NCBI RefSeq assembly: GCF_006345805.1 | Contig: NW_021833870.1 | Coordinates: 1 to 64,000 of the forward strand | DNA from: Octopus sinensis | Lineage: Eukaryota | Direction: 5' to 3' | DNA: 64,000 nt | Shown here: positions 1-13,266 of the stretch, piece after piece | How positions within the stretch are numbered: position 1 is the first letter of the stretch | How the letters are laid out: each line of letters begins with the position of its first letter | Notes under the pieces: model-generated | The model's input: only the letters and a program-made list of their open reading frames with translations | The model's database searches: none | What the model was told of the DNA's origin: nothing | Made by a program: the position numbers and the translations under genes

Positions 1-395
1 ATTTGTGGGTCAGACTTGATACCTAAGACTTGGGTATACTTCCACGAATACTTCACATCTTGCTAAAACATACTCCAACGATGCAAAATCTCTGCGTATA
101 GGATGCCCATGTGTTAGGGTCATCAACTGGCGAATGGAAGTTGAGATTTTAAAATAGAATTAAATAAAATTAAAAAATAAACGAAGAACAAACAAAAACA
201 TACAATATAAAAATACCTTAACGTTGGAGTAAAAATTGGAAAATAAGAATTAAGATTTCTTTGAAAATGGATGTCATGTGCCACTCGGTTTAATTATTCT
301 GAAACTAAGTTTTTAAAATTATTTTATTGATAACCCAATCTTGCAAATAGATATAATATACAAATCTTAGTCAAAAACTTAAAAACAAACTTATG

Positions 396-840
396 GGCGC
401 AGGAGTGGCTGTGTGGTAAGTAGCTTGCTTACGAACCACATTGTTCCGGGTTCAGTCCCACTGCGTGGCATCTTGGGCAAGTGTCTTCTACTATAGCCTC
501 GGGCCGGCCAAAGCCTAGCGAATGGATTTGGTAGACAGAAACTGAAAAGGCCCGTCGTACTTGTGCATGTGTGTGTGTCTGTGTGTCTGTGTGTGCTTGT
601 GTGTGTGTGTGTGTGTGTTTTGTGTGAGTGTGTGTGTGGTGTGTGTTTGTTCCCCCAACATCGCTTGACAACCGATGGTGGTGTGTTTACGCCCCGTAAC
701 ATAGCAGTTCGGCAAAAGCGATCGATAGAATAAGTACTAGGCTTACAGAATAAGAATAAGTCCCAGGGTCGATTTGCTCGACTAAAGACGGTGCTCCAGC
801 ATGGTTGCAGTCAAATAGCTGAAACAAGTAGAAGAGTAAG
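396..840 (+). mobile_element. tRNA-derived SINE family A (octopus-type), full length, with internal (TG)n
   Basis: A-box-like GTGGCTGTGTGGTAAG, B-box GGGTTCAGTCCC, conserved body and tail ...GAAACAAGTAGAAGAGTAA; homologous copies elsewhere in the window. Confidence 0.85.
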
Positions 841-849
841 TGCCAAAAA

Positions 850-1640
850 CTCAGATTTATCAACGCCAATCATACGAAAATGTTGCATTAATTCCAGGAT
901 GTTTTGGCAACATATAGAAGGATCTCATTCTTTCGGAATGTCTTACAGATCCGAAGAATTCCAACATACACAAGGAAGTATGATTCAGAAAAAATCTCTG
1001 ACAGGATTGGATATAATCTGGACCTAAGAACGAACACATTTGCAACAGATAACTTGATAGAAACAGGAAAATATAAACAGAATGACAAACTAAGAGGATA
1101 ACTTTTGTTTAATTTTATTTATTTATTTATTTATTTATTTTTATTATTTATTTATTTATTTATTTATTTATTGTATACAGTCGACGGAATCTGCGACACC
1201 AAGTGATGCAAACTGAATGTGAGAAATCGAAGGTGATCAATATTTCAAACGAAGAACTTTCAATAGATCAAACCTATGTCCTCTCAAAAGACCCCCAAAT
1301 TCAATCAAACACTGCAGTATACTACTAACTTCAATGAAACAAAAGACGATATATCTTCTCTGTTGAAAATCACGTCAAACAGATGGATTGTTTGATAAGG
1401 AAAACAACGATGAATCAAATGGACGAAATAGCAACAATTTGTATGGAACAGAATATAGGAGAAAGCATTTGACAAACTTCGTGATTTTATAACTATCTGT
1501 CGGTACCATAAGTGACCACATCCTAAATCTAAAAGGTAAGCCAATTCAAAGGAATGGGAGATTATCTATGGAAACAATAATGGCATCGTAATTAAAGCAG
1601 ATAAGGAAAACGTTGTAGTCACTATTACAAAAAGATGCCT
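850..1640 (+). pseudogene. Decayed Penelope-like element, N-terminal/pre-RT coding fragment
   Basis: ATTAAAGCAGATAAGGAAAACGTTGTAGTC at ~1591 reads IKADKENVVV, resembling the PLE KADKGN motif; frameshifted and stop-ridden. Confidence 0.5.
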
Positions 1641-1804
1641 CGTTCTTCCTACCACAAAGCGCCACCTATTGTGGAAAGGTAAACAGTTCCCAAATTTCAA
1701 AAAGGCCAAAGAAACATAACTCTTTTATATGCCTGCACCGAAAACATTTATCAAATGCGACGACATAATAAACTTCGAATGCAAAACAGACATTTTCTAC
1801 TGAC

Positions 1805-1997
1805 ATTATTTATATTATTTACATTTGACGGATATTTGTCCTCATCTTGTATGTTATTAATACAACGTTTCGGCTGATATACTCTCCAGCCTTCAACATG
1901 TCTCTTGGACATATGGCGTAGTGGCTAATAGCGCGGGCTACTAACCCCAAGATTCCGAACTCGATTCCAGGCAGTGACCTGAATAATAATACTAATG

Positions 1998-2077
<80 letters not shown>

Positions 2078-2326
2078 GGTGCATTAGGCATGATAAAAAA
2101 ATATTCAGATAAATACATAACAAAAACCACCAGGACTTACAAACACATATAAATACAGAAAATTGCCTACTAGGCACTGCACACATCCTACGTAGAACAC
2201 TTTCCATACAATACCATCAGAGAATCACAACAAATCACAGCACATACCCAAGGCACACAGAGCTGCGCTCGGTAGTGAAGTGAAAGCACGCTATAAAAAT
2301 AAAACTACTGAATAATAATAATAATA

Positions 2327-2397
<71 letters not shown>

Positions 2398-2549
2398 GCA
2401 GCAGCAACAACAATAACAACGACAACATCGAAAAATACCTGAGGAATGAGAACCCAGGTTCGAAATTTCCCCAAGAAACAAGATGAGGATAAATATCAGT
2501 TAAATGTAAATAATGTAAATAATTCCTCATCTTTTAAATATAGAACTGT
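1805..2549 (+). mobile_element. tRNA-headed, (AAT)n-bodied, hammerhead-bearing SINE-like element with inverted 5' arm (copy 1)
   Basis: Inverted copy of the 3' region at 1805-1905, tRNA-like head ~1910-1982, (AAT)n, 3' region to 2549; flanked by direct repeat ATTTTCTACTGAC at 1792-1804 and 2550-2562. Confidence 0.8.
2077..2311 (+). mobile_element. 5'-truncated R4/Dong-type LINE 3' end inserted in (AAT)n
   Basis: Near-identical to 31837-32071; flanked by AAT repeats on both sides. Confidence 0.85.
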
Positions 2550-2612
2550 ATTTTCTACTGACTCACAAAGACTGTAAAGATACCAAAAAACGAACACTCA
2601 CACACACATACT

Positions 2613-2750
2613 GATTTCAAATTTTGGCACATGGCCAGCCAGTTCGGGAAAGGGAGTAAGATGACTACATGGACCCCAGTCTTCAACTGGTACTTATTTT
2701 ATCGACCCCGAAACGATGAAAGTCAAAGTCGATCTCGGCGGAATTTGAGC
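2613..2750 (-). mobile_element. SINE family B fragment
   Basis: TTTTATCGACCCCGAAACGATGAAAGTCAAAGTCGA core shared with other family B copies. Confidence 0.75.
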
Positions 2751-3473
2751 CACGTAAGCATATATTTTGAAAAGCTTAAGAGATTCCACGGGAGTAAATT
2801 TATATTAAAAATCAAAACCAAACAGTGAGTAAGCAAGTATTTACATTTTTTAATGAAAATTTGGTACCGATTTCAATCGCTTTCAAAAAACCCGATGTAG
2901 GTATGCTGAAATAAAAGGGAAAATATTTTTAAATAAATAAGATAGAATTAATAACTTAATAACTAGTGTTATCAGATCTGGAAGTTCAGGTGTTTCTCTT
3001 ACAAAAACCATATGGGTTCTGGTGTTTCGTTTACCTTCTGATTGTTCAACAATTCAACATTAAACCGAAGGATCAGTCAGTACGTTTTTTTAGTAGAGTA
3101 CACATTAAACTTTTACACCGGAAAGGTTGACAGTGACTTCGATGTTTCCGTTTGTCACTCGTCACCAAACGGAATGAAAGTCTAAAACATGTGTCAGTCT
3201 TTTCCGTGTTAAAATTAACACACAAATACATGTAATAATGTGTATGTGTATATATATATATAAACATATAATATGTAATATACAACAAAAGACGTGGGTG
3301 TATTTCTACGCAGGAAAAATATGGGCAAATTTGTTGTTGAGAATGCACCTAAATTTGAAAAACTTGTAATTGTTTAAAATTAATTAATTACATTAATATA
3401 AAATATATATATATATATAGATATAATAATATATATATCATATATTATATATTATATATATTATATACTATAT

Positions 3474-3508
<35 letters not shown>

Positions 3509-3949
3509 ATATACTCCCACACATATATATATATATCCAAATTGAGTGAACGGAGCAGGTAAAATCCAGGTTACGTATGTTTCCAAGCTATTCTTAGCTA
3601 GCAGATCCTCGGAAGAAATAATTACTCAACAAGGGGTACATCGAAGATGCCTTAGTTAAATGAAGATTACATTATCGTTAAAGTACCACAATTTAACTCG
3701 TCGGAGATAGACTTCAAAATTATAAATTAATATTAGTTAGCATATGGAGCCTGAATTTTACCTGTTCCATTCCATCAATTTGAATTTTTACTAGCATTTA
3801 TCGAACTTCGATAAGCCTAGAACCTTCCATGCTAATAGATTATTATTATTCCTGAAAGTTGCTTTTTATACCTACCACGGACTGCTCGAACCTTACTAAC
3901 TTCCTACTTTTAGATCTTTGGATCTTACAATTCCATATCAATACATATA

Positions 3950-4520
3950 CTACTTTCTACTGGAAGTACAAGGCCTCAAATTTGGGGAAAGGATAAATCG
4001 ATTACATCCACCCCAGTGTTTCACTTAATTTATCGACCCCGAAAGGATGAAAGGCAAAGTCGACCCCGGTGGAATTTGAACTCAGAACGTATCGACAAAC
4101 AAAATACCTATTTCTTTACTACCCACAAGGGGCTAAACAGAGAGGACAAACAAGGACAGACAAATGGATTAAGTCGATTATATCGACCCAGTGCGTAAAT
4201 GGTACTTATTTAATCGACCCCGAAAGGATGAAAGGCAAAGTCGACCCCGGTGCAATTTGAACTCAGAACGTATCGACAAACAAAATACCTATTTCTTTAC
4301 TACCCACATGGGGCCAAACACAGAGAGAAAAAACAAGGACAGACAAATGGACTAAGTCGATTATATCGACCCAGTGCGTGACTGGTACTTATCTAATCGA
4401 CCCCGAAAGGATGAAAGGCAAAGTCGATCTCGGTGGAATTTGAACTCAAAACGTATCGACAACGAATTATCGTTAAGCACTTCGCCTGGCGTGCTAACGA
4501 TTCTGCCTGCTCGCCACCTT
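3950..4520 (-). mobile_element. SINE family B tandem trimer
   Basis: Three repeats of the CGACCCCGAAAGGATGAAAGGCAAAGTCGA...GAATTTGAACTCA unit, ~185 bp apart; tRNA-like head at the right end. Confidence 0.85.
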
Positions 4521-4899
4521 ATTATAGATATATATAATAGTAGCGACATACAACCCAAAATGTTGATGTATAATGCTTGTGTATATAGTTACGGAATTTC
4601 AACAGCTGGATGTATATATGATATTTTTTTATTATATGACTCCTTATGCAGCAGTCTATAGAAACCAGTAATCTCACGCTACTATAAATTATAGACCTAT
4701 ACTGTAGATCTATAGTATGGTATAGTATACTAAAGATTTTATAGCATACCATACTATATTCTATACTACTCCATACTAGAAAACCACGCAATATGGCTGA
4801 CACTACAGATGCGATAAATTCGCAAATAATTTTGTTGCTATTTAGCAAAGTATTCAACACTTCATTGTGTTTTGTCATTTCTGCTTCTCTTTTACATAG

Positions 4900-4996
<97 letters not shown>

Positions 4997-5392
4997 ACAC
5001 ATTTAGTCTTATATCCATGTAAGGCTCAAAGATGTTTTTCTTTTATGACAAACAGAAGTGTGCAACGGTTCGATCATCTTCCCCCCAAGGGGAATGGAGA
5101 AAGAGAGGACGACAAAGACAATAAGAAATTGTGAGAAATCATTATTCTACTTCCGGTTTTGTTGTGTGAGTATTTATTATATTAATGATGTCATTGCTGT
5201 TGTTATAGTTGCAGTTGTGGCTGCTTCTAATGTTGTTCTTAGTCGTGATGGTGGTGGTGGTCGTCGTCGTGGTATATGCTGTTGCTGTTTGTAGTTTTAT
5301 CCCATATATATATATATATATATATATATGTTATATGTATGTATGTATGCATATGTATGTATATATATGTGTGTGTGTGTATATGTATATAT

Positions 5393-5439
<47 letters not shown>

Positions 5440-5495
5440 CATACTACAATATATATATATAATATTACACGAACACCACACACACACACACACAC

Positions 5496-5543
<48 letters not shown>

Positions 5544-5842
5544 CATACATGCAGACATACATGCAAGTGGGCATTTAGCGAAGTGAGAAATTTGAATCTT
5601 GTTTAAATCACACATTTTTACACACACACACACACACACATACACACTCAAATCACATACACGAAGGTAATGTGCATGCAGAACGTCTCTCAACGACATG
5701 CGCGTGTGTGTGTGCACGCGCGCGTGTATATATGTGAACTAGAAAAGGAGACACAAGAACATACACACACCCATATTTGTACGCACATAGGAAATGCATA
5801 TACCCATACGTACAGAGGTTAGTGTTTATATACATGTACACA

Positions 5843-5896
<54 letters not shown>

Positions 5897-6075
5897 AGTC
5901 ATACTATGACGTGTAAACCATAAGTAATGTATATGCTATTGAAATTGAAGTAAAATGTGAAAACACAAAAAATGCTGAACACGAAATTATATATGCGTGT
6001 GCATGTGTGTGTATGTGTGTGTGTATGTGCGTGTATTGCTGTGTGTATGTACGTGTGTATATATAATAGATGTAA

Positions 6076-6140
<65 letters not shown>

Positions 6141-6185
6141 ATTATATATACATATCAACATTTACATATACATCTTTGATATAAG

Positions 6186-6239
<54 letters not shown>

Positions 6240-6597
6240 TGTATGTATGTATGTATGTATGTATGTATGTAGTAATGTTATTTAAATTTATGTTTGCTAA
6301 AGAACATTTTATAATCTGATGGTGAAATGTAATTTCTTGTTGTTGACGGAACATATTTTTACTGTTATTTGCTGTTGTCGTTCTTCAAATCTCTTTGATC
6401 TTGTCTTAATAGACTTTCTGCCTTGGAACTTCGGTTGCATTCCACTCACGCACATACCTTTTAGAGTTTCAGCAGTTGACTACATACATGTAGCCATGCA
6501 TACATACATGTAGCCATGCATACATATATACATGTGCCAATAATATATAGGTACACAGACAGACAGTGTCATGTACATCCATCAAACACAGACATAT

Positions 6598-6654
<57 letters not shown>

Positions 6655-6656
6655 AG

Positions 6657-6743
<87 letters not shown>

Positions 6744-7565
6744 GGAGAGACTCTGTGTGTGATTGTGTGCGTATACACACATTTCGATGTATATGTATGT
6801 ATTTATGTATGTATATATACATATATATATATAACAACGATCATCTAAAGAGATATATGCGTGCACATGTATAAATAAAACCGTATACCTATTTACACAC
6901 GCGATCAAATAACTATAGATGCAGATGACGAATTTATAGTTTTATGGATTCCTTGTCATCTTCCATGATGACTGTTCTTGTTGTCCGACTAACCGAACTC
7001 TCTCGTCATTATATCATTTTATATGTAGTTGAGTATTCCAAAGACACTTGAGCAGGTTACATAATCCTTGAACAGTTTTATCGCACCACAGCGTGCAACA
7101 AGGCTGATCCTTTGAATCACATTTTCAGCACATGTCTCGACTCCAGTTTTAGTAGCATGGCTCGTGTTCCACCATGACTGCACAAGAAGATACTTGCCGA
7201 AGATTCAGACCAGAAATTTATGTCTATTATTTCTTGGGAGATATTCAATGACATAATTGCTTACAATGTCCAGCCTGACATACTGCTTGCTTTAAATGTA
7301 AGAAAGACAAATACATTTACAAGGCTTGTAGATCCTCAAAAGAACTAGTGAGTACACCTTTCTCTCTGAGACACTTGTATACTTTGTGTTAAAAAAAAAA
7401 ACTACATCATTGATTTGGTTGTTGCGGAACGTCTCTAAAATGGTTCCTTAACAAAGGTTGTTCTGAAAATGCTTTCCCTGAGTTTCCAACCATAGACTAC
7501 AAGGGTATTCTATAAACTGGCTTCAAGTAAATTCTTTAAGCTAATCAAGAATTATTATGAACTAG

Positions 7566-7835
7566 TTGCAGATGAGGCTGTGTAGTAAGAAGTTTGCTTG
7601 GGTTCAATCCTACTGCTTGACACCTTGGGGGAGTGTCTTCTACTGTAGCCTCGGGTCAACCAAGGCCTTGTGAGTGGACTGGTTGACGGAAACCGAAAGA
7701 AGCCTATCATGTGTGTGTGTGTGTTCGTACTCCACCACTGTTGGTGTGTTTTACGTCCCTGTAATCTAATGGTTCGGCAAAAGAGACCGATTGAATATGC
7801 ACCAGGCTTAAAAGAAAGTAAGTTAGGTGTCTTGG
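7566..7835 (+). mobile_element. SINE family A, degenerate copy
   Basis: Homologous to 396-840. Confidence 0.75.
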
Positions 7836-7839
7836 GGGA

Positions 7840-8095
7840 AATTTCGAAGGGTAGACGAACATCGCAAACTGTGATACGAGAAGATACTGATAAATCGGGT
7901 ATAGCTGATCATGTATGGACAAATGGAGTCCACCTTCCCCTGTGGGATGAAGTTAAAATAATAGACAGAGAACACCACTGGAAAATATGAAAACTGAAAG
8001 AAGCAGCACATATACTAGGACACAACAACCTCCTAAGACCGGGTGCAGATATGAGTATTATATGGGAACCGGTATAAAGGAAGGAGAGGAAAATA
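7840..8095 (+). pseudogene. PLE GIY-YIG endonuclease C-terminal fragment
   Basis: KSGIADHVWTNGVHLPLWDEVKIIDREHHWKI*KLKEAAHI matches the C-terminal part of PLE GIY-YIG domains. Confidence 0.75.
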
Positions 8096-8566
8096 TTAGA
8101 TCTATCTCTTATTATAAAAGGCAGATTTTATCTGCCTCCCTTTGTATCTTATAGAAATCTACAATATAGGATTTCTTCAATTACAATTTACCTAGCATTT
8201 TTAAGAGTAGAATGCATCGGGTCGTGCCAGGTCCACTTTTTAAAATTTCAACCCCAATTAAGCAAAATTTAGAGAAAACTCACATTGTGGTGTATGAGTC
8301 AAATGCTTCTCTTAGTGTGGGATACAGCACACGCAAACGCACACACACAGTGTGCAACGAATAAAATGAAAGTAATTCACTTTCTGTAGTGAGTGACTCT
8401 TCACTCTGCTCCCACTTCCTCTTTACACACATAGACACGCAAATATATAAAATAAAATTGTAAGCAACGTGCGTGTGTGTAGTGTGTGTGTGTGTGTGCG
8501 TGTGTGTGTGTGTGAGTAGGGTGCGTGTGTGTGTGTGTGTGTGCGTGTGCGTGGTGTGTGACAGGA

Positions 8567-9240
8567 AAGTTTTTTACGACGAATATAAGACCTATATCCA
8601 AGTAGCAGAAAGATCGACCAAAAGTGTATATAGATATTTAAATGTATTTATATATTCATCTATACACCGATGTATGTATAATGTGTGTGTATATATTTCC
8701 ATAGAGGTAACCTTTCACTCCATACAAAGTTTTTTAGGACGAATATAAGATCTAAAGTATTATACAAGTAGCAGAAAGATCGCCCAAAAGTTGTATATAG
8801 ATATTTAAATGTATTATAATATTCATCTATACACAGATGTATGTATAATGTGTGTGTATATATTTCTATAGACGAACCATTCACTCCGCACAAAGTTTTT
8901 TAAGGACGAAAATAACATCTAAAGTTATCTCTAAGTAGCACAAAGATCGCCCAAAAGTGTATATAGATTATAAATGATTTATATATCATCTATGCACACA
9001 TGTATGTATAACGTGTGTGTATATATTTCCATAGAGTAACCATTCACTCCGCACAAAGTTTTTTAGGACGAAAATAACATCTAAAGTTATCTCTAAGTCA
9101 CACAAATGTCGCCCAAAAGTGTATATAGATATATAAATGTATTTATTATATTCTCTATGCACACATGTATGTAATAACGTGTGTGTATATATTTCCATAG
9201 AGGTAACCATTCAATCATACAAAGTTTTTTGGACGAAAAT
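8567..9240 (+). repeat. ~165-bp minisatellite, about 4 units, inside the Helitron
   Basis: AAAGTTTTT(T)AGGACGAA recurs near 8567, 8726, 8892, 9056 and 9221. Confidence 0.9.
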
Positions 9241-9485
9241 ATTTATATATAAAAGAAAGGTGTGTGTCTGTCTACTCCGATTTAGATTGCTAACTACTCC
9301 ACATTTTGCGATGCAGTTTAACCAAAACCGGGTATCTTATAGTCGTGATTCATATCGAGCCCTTCTGGTATTAGCCGCACGTCTACGATGAGTCGATGAT
9401 TTTACAAATAATTTACCATCCTTTTTTCCATTTTAATGCATATTTTTTTAATAAAGGGAAGTAACCTCTCAAACTTCACACCAAT

Positions 9486-10004
9486 ATGCGTGCTCATATG
9501 CGACGTAATATCACATCAGCAGCATTTCCTCACACCCTCATTGCACTTGGCGAAGGCAAAATACCAGGGGATGAAAATGGTAATATTGCCATCGATTCCA
9601 TTTGTACCATTGTTAAGACGCCTTCTGATCTCAGAGATGCAGTGTTCCCAGATCTACAAGCTAATTATCAGAATATGGATTGGATTGGCAAAAAGGCAAT
9701 ACTGGCCCCGAGGAATAAAACTGTTCACCATATTAATGATGAAATGCTAAAACTCATTCCTGGGGAAGTCTATGTATATCAGTCTATCGATACAACTCCT
9801 GACCCAGAGGACGTCATCAACTATCCCATAGAGGTACTCAATTCCTTTGAGCACCCCGGACTACCACCACACTTTCTCAACTTAAAGTTGTGCCCCTATA
9901 ATGCTCATCAGAATTTGGTTCCCCCAAAACAATGCAATGGCACACGTTTGATCGTTAAGTCCTTATCTCCCACCGTAAACTTATATCAATATTTGCCTGA
10001 ATAA
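9486..10004 (+). pseudogene. PIF1-family helicase fragment (Helitron RepHel C-terminal part)
   Basis: KAILAPRN...INDEML...YQSID...YPIEVLNS...GLPPH.LNLK...CNGTRL are typical Helitron PIF1 motifs; truncated and frameshifted. Confidence 0.9.
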
Positions 10005-10110
10005 TCATCATAATTCAGTGCAATCATTAACAGTACTTTCAAGCAATTCAGCCCCGAGCAACGCCGGGCAATTCTGCTAGTAAGTCCTAAAATTCACTCC
10101 ATAATTACCC

Positions 10111-10408
<298 letters not shown>

Positions 10409-11110
10409 ATTTTTTGTGTTTTAACCTTGTTACGCTCCATAATAACTGTTCTCAAGCCATTGATTGTTGTTACAGCTTTCTCTCAGAGTAGGAACTGATT
10501 ATTGATATGAAGCCTTATTGTTCCCGAGAGAAATCCATCAGGTCTAATAAACAAACAAACTTGTATTACGACATTTATTATTAGAAACATTGAACTAAGT
10601 TTCTCTCCCAGAGAGAATTTGTTGAGGAGACACATCTGTAATATATATACGAATCAGAGTTCGATTATTGGAATCAAAGCCACAAATGCTCACATGTTTC
10701 CGCGATGATCAATTAGATACCATAGCCATTAGGTGCTAAAGCCTGTCAGAAGATATCACACAGATAAGGAAGGTCAGGGTGGAACATGACGAGATGCTCC
10801 AACTGACCACATCAAGATTCCTGACAATTAATTTGACTTCTCTAATTCTTAAGATAATGCAATTAAACAACCAATCAATGAAACTAAAGATTATTCATTG
10901 ATCTTTGGCCCATGCCCTCCAACTTAGAATAAAGGACCAGCTAAAGATTATGGTTGCAATTATAAACACATTTTGAATATTGTTCTGATGATTTATTCGG
11001 TATAAAATATTGGTCGAAAATAATGACGGACGTAAGTGGTCTTGGAGGGGTGGAGGGGGAAGAGGAAGATAAAGAATGTGATGATTTCATACCATTACGA
11101 TAAGAGAAGA

Positions 11111-11547
11111 CGGCAAGCTAGCAGAGTTGTTAGTATGTTGGATAAAATGCTTAACTATATTTCTTCCTGTTCTTTACGTTCTGAGTTCAAATTCTGCCGA
11201 GGTCGACTTTGCCCCTCATCCATTCGAATGCCGATAAAATAAGAACCATTTGAGCACTAGGATCTTTATAATCGACTGCCCTCTATCCCATCAATTTGGT
11301 GGTGCTCAGCTATGATTTGAAACCATTATTTTTTTCTTTTTCTCTAGGCACAAGGCCCGAAATTTGGGGGAAGGGGGCCAGTCAATTAGATCGAACCCAG
11401 TACGCAACTAGTACTTAATTTATCGACCCCGAAAAGATGAAAGGTAAAGTCGACCTCGGCGGAATTTGAACTCAGAACATAAAGATAAACGAAGTACCGC
11501 TAAGCATTTCGCCCGGCGTGCTAACGTTTCTGCCATCTCGCCGCCTT
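11111..11547. mobile_element. Two SINE family B copies in tail-to-tail inverted orientation
   Basis: + copy ~11111-11325 and - copy ~11335-11547. Confidence 0.8.
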
Positions 11548-13078
11548 GATTTGAAACCATTATGATAAGAGACATGGTTAATTGTACACGAGATACTAAA
11601 GCTGCTGCTGCTGTTGCTGCTGGTTGTTACCTGCTGCTGCTGCTGCTACTGCTGCTGCCTGTTGCTGGTTGTTACCTGCTGCTACTGCTGCTTCTGCCAC
11701 TGCTGACCCATCTTCTCCTGCTTCAATAAATACCTTATAACCTATTATCACTTTCATTTCTGAAGCTGTGGTATGCTGCCAGAAGTTGTGGAGTGATCCT
11801 GTAATTCACTTACCATGAGGCTTGGTAGGTTTGTTTGGCCCAGGGCGAAAGCCTAACAGGCAGAAGACTCCGTGTCCAGCTATAGTGAAATAGAGCTTGT
11901 GAATAGTTGTCGCAAAACAGCTTGTTCAATGCAGCAGCTAAACACCAAAAAACTGCAACGGTGCCCCAGCATGGCCATAGCTCGCAGACTGAAATAGGTA
12001 AAATATTTAAAACTAAGGAGAAAACAATTTCAGTGAATTAAAACCAGGGTTATTCTTGATCGTACACAATATAAGGAGAGAATGTAATGTGCCCTGCCCT
12101 TATATAAGATGAATTGGTGGGTTCTGAGGGGGAGTTGCTAATAATTTCTTGGTGGTGCTACTATTATAGGATCGTTCATTGGAGCATTGTTATGGGTTTT
12201 AGTGAAGAAGCCTTTATTCACAGCGTAGCAGGGGGCTTTATAAAATACTTAACAGAACCAATCTCGTTGCAAAGTGTATCTTGGACGGCGCCAAATTTAC
12301 CAATCCGGAACTGATAAGATCTGAACAGTTTTGTTCCTTTTTTCATTTATGGCTCTTTCTAATTATTAGAGAAACACATGAGGTGGGGCGGAGTTTCAAT
12401 GCCGCAGTCAACTGTTACATGTTCCGCCTTGATATATTCCATCTTTTTCCCTTTTCTTCAATTTTCTCTTTTACTTCCTGTCCGCCTACACTAATTTGAA
12501 AACAACGCACAATATTATTTCCTTTTTTTCTTTCTCTTTTTTCTTCTTCCTGTTCGCCTGCATTGATCTGAAGATAACGCACAATACTATCTCTTTCAAT
12601 TTTCTTATCTTGTGTCTATATATCTATCTCTATGTAAGTTGCAGTAATTCACAAGCACCACCTATAGATTCAACAGAAACCTTTTGATTGGTATAGAATG
12701 GTAAACATCCCTAAGTTAAACGTCGATACAACCAAAAGAAAAAAACATTAAATCAAAGTACCCGAGTAATAATGAACCCCTTTAAGATCAAGAGATATTA
12801 TAAATAATATTTACTAATATCCTATGGCTGAGAGAATGTTGTCACAAACACGTGTTATGCAGAAACGTATGTAGCAATGTATTAATAAAATGTATAAAGT
12901 TCCATTCAAACAGTTTCTGGTTATTAATATTTTTATCCTATGCTATACGGTGTGCCGCATACATAACCATTCCATGCGATTACTCTGGAGGATGCGAATA
13001 ATAAGCGGTAGCCAGCAATAAGTTGCATAGAAGCTTTTACGAGCGTACTCGGTGGCGTTTGCCGTACGCAAATTAAAA

Positions 13079-13119
<41 letters not shown>

Positions 13120-13266
13120 AAATATGGGGGGGGGGGTTTAGTTCACAGGTGATCTAAGCGATTATGTACGCTAGGTAAGTACTTTAACGGATTACTAGAC
13201 CTCCAAGGTTATAGCCGAGACAGTAGTTATGGAGCCATTGCAGATTTTCGATATAGTGGATATATA

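Larger units (their letters stand above)
8101..10080 (+). mobile_element. Composite non-autonomous Helitron
   Basis: 5' TC after A, 3' hairpin CCCGAGCAACGCCGGG followed by CTAG|T at 10077-10080; PIF1 fragment inside; 3' end shared with 54089 and 56346 elements. Confidence 0.8.

Noticed and set aside
1910-1982. Possible tRNA gene
   Set aside because: No complete cloverleaf or acceptor stem; it runs into (AAT)n and recurs as a SINE head at 10111 and 44588.
4793-6908. Numerous 60-130 aa ORFs ([16 protein letters not shown]), here and throughout the window
   Set aside because: They are translations of dinucleotide and tetranucleotide microsatellites lacking stops; no coding signal.
8567-9240. 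CRISPR-like array
   Set aside because: Whole ~165-bp units are repeated with no unique spacers, no cas genes, and the context is eukaryotic.
11790-11865. HDV-like ribozyme suggested by GG-GC(GAAA)GC-CTAA-CAGG
   Set aside because: P4/J4-2-like part is present, but I could not find consistent P1, P3 and L3 elements.
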